Below, one piece after another: positions 63,657 through 64,000 of a stretch of 64,000 nt of DNA. The stretch comes from Amoebidium appalachense (Eukaryota; Protista; Ichthyosporea): contig CAVNZM010000016.1 of NCBI GenBank assembly GCA_963693365.1, positions 3,685,957 through 3,749,956 of the forward strand, in the 5' to 3' direction. How positions within the stretch are numbered: the stretch's first letter is position 1; each line of letters begins with the position of its first letter. Made by a program: the position numbers and the translations under genes. The notes under the pieces were generated by a model. The model was not told the DNA's origin. It did no database searches and worked only from the letters and a program-made list of their open reading frames with translations.

Positions 63657-64000
63657 GTTAGTATCTTCACCGCCCCTCCCCTTCCGCGCGCGCCTCCTCC
63701 ACGGCGCCACCCTTTCCCGGACATGCACACACACACACACACATGCACACACACACAATAACAACAATCCCGGACCCATCCTGCAGTCTTTTGAGAAGTG
63801 CCGAGCCGTTCGTCCCGGAGGCCAAAATCGACCAGCTTTGAAAAATAGGAAAAAATCATTAAAGGCGACCAAAGTGGACCAAAATGCACCAAGCACAAGT
63901 ACATATGTCTTTCTTTGTGTCCCATAAAAAAAAAAAAACGGCATGTTCCTATGTGTCCGAACGGGTTATGAACACGTGATTTGTGTCGATTTTGCCAACC

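Overview
Eukaryotic, intron-rich nuclear DNA. Introns and spacers are packed with long poly-G/poly-C tracts and (CA)n/(GA)n microsatellites, which account for almost all of the six-frame ORF track. Four spliced genes can be rebuilt exon by exon: a bacterial-type PLP-dependent Orn/Lys/Arg decarboxylase (minus strand, runs off the left edge), ketopantoate hydroxymethyltransferase panB/ECM31 (minus), a TBC1D12/14-like RabGAP (plus) and PRMT7 (plus, runs off the right edge). Two intronless paralogues encode an unrecognised secreted protein with two 6-Cys repeats, and they share a promoter and an identical 42-bp upstream element with bZIP-type palindromes. Between the RabGAP and these genes lies a ~13 kb array of about ten decayed copies of one coding-like unit. 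Mobile elements include a DNA transposon with TIRs and a 7-bp TSD, a short retroposed insert with a 16-bp TSD, and a MITE. A recurring oddity is that introns of three unrelated genes hold decayed tandem copies of their own splice junction. The gene content (pantothenate synthesis plus animal-like PRMT7 and TBC1D12/14) suggests a non-animal eukaryote, possibly a unicellular opisthokont; this is inference. All family assignments come from motif recognition by eye, not database searches.
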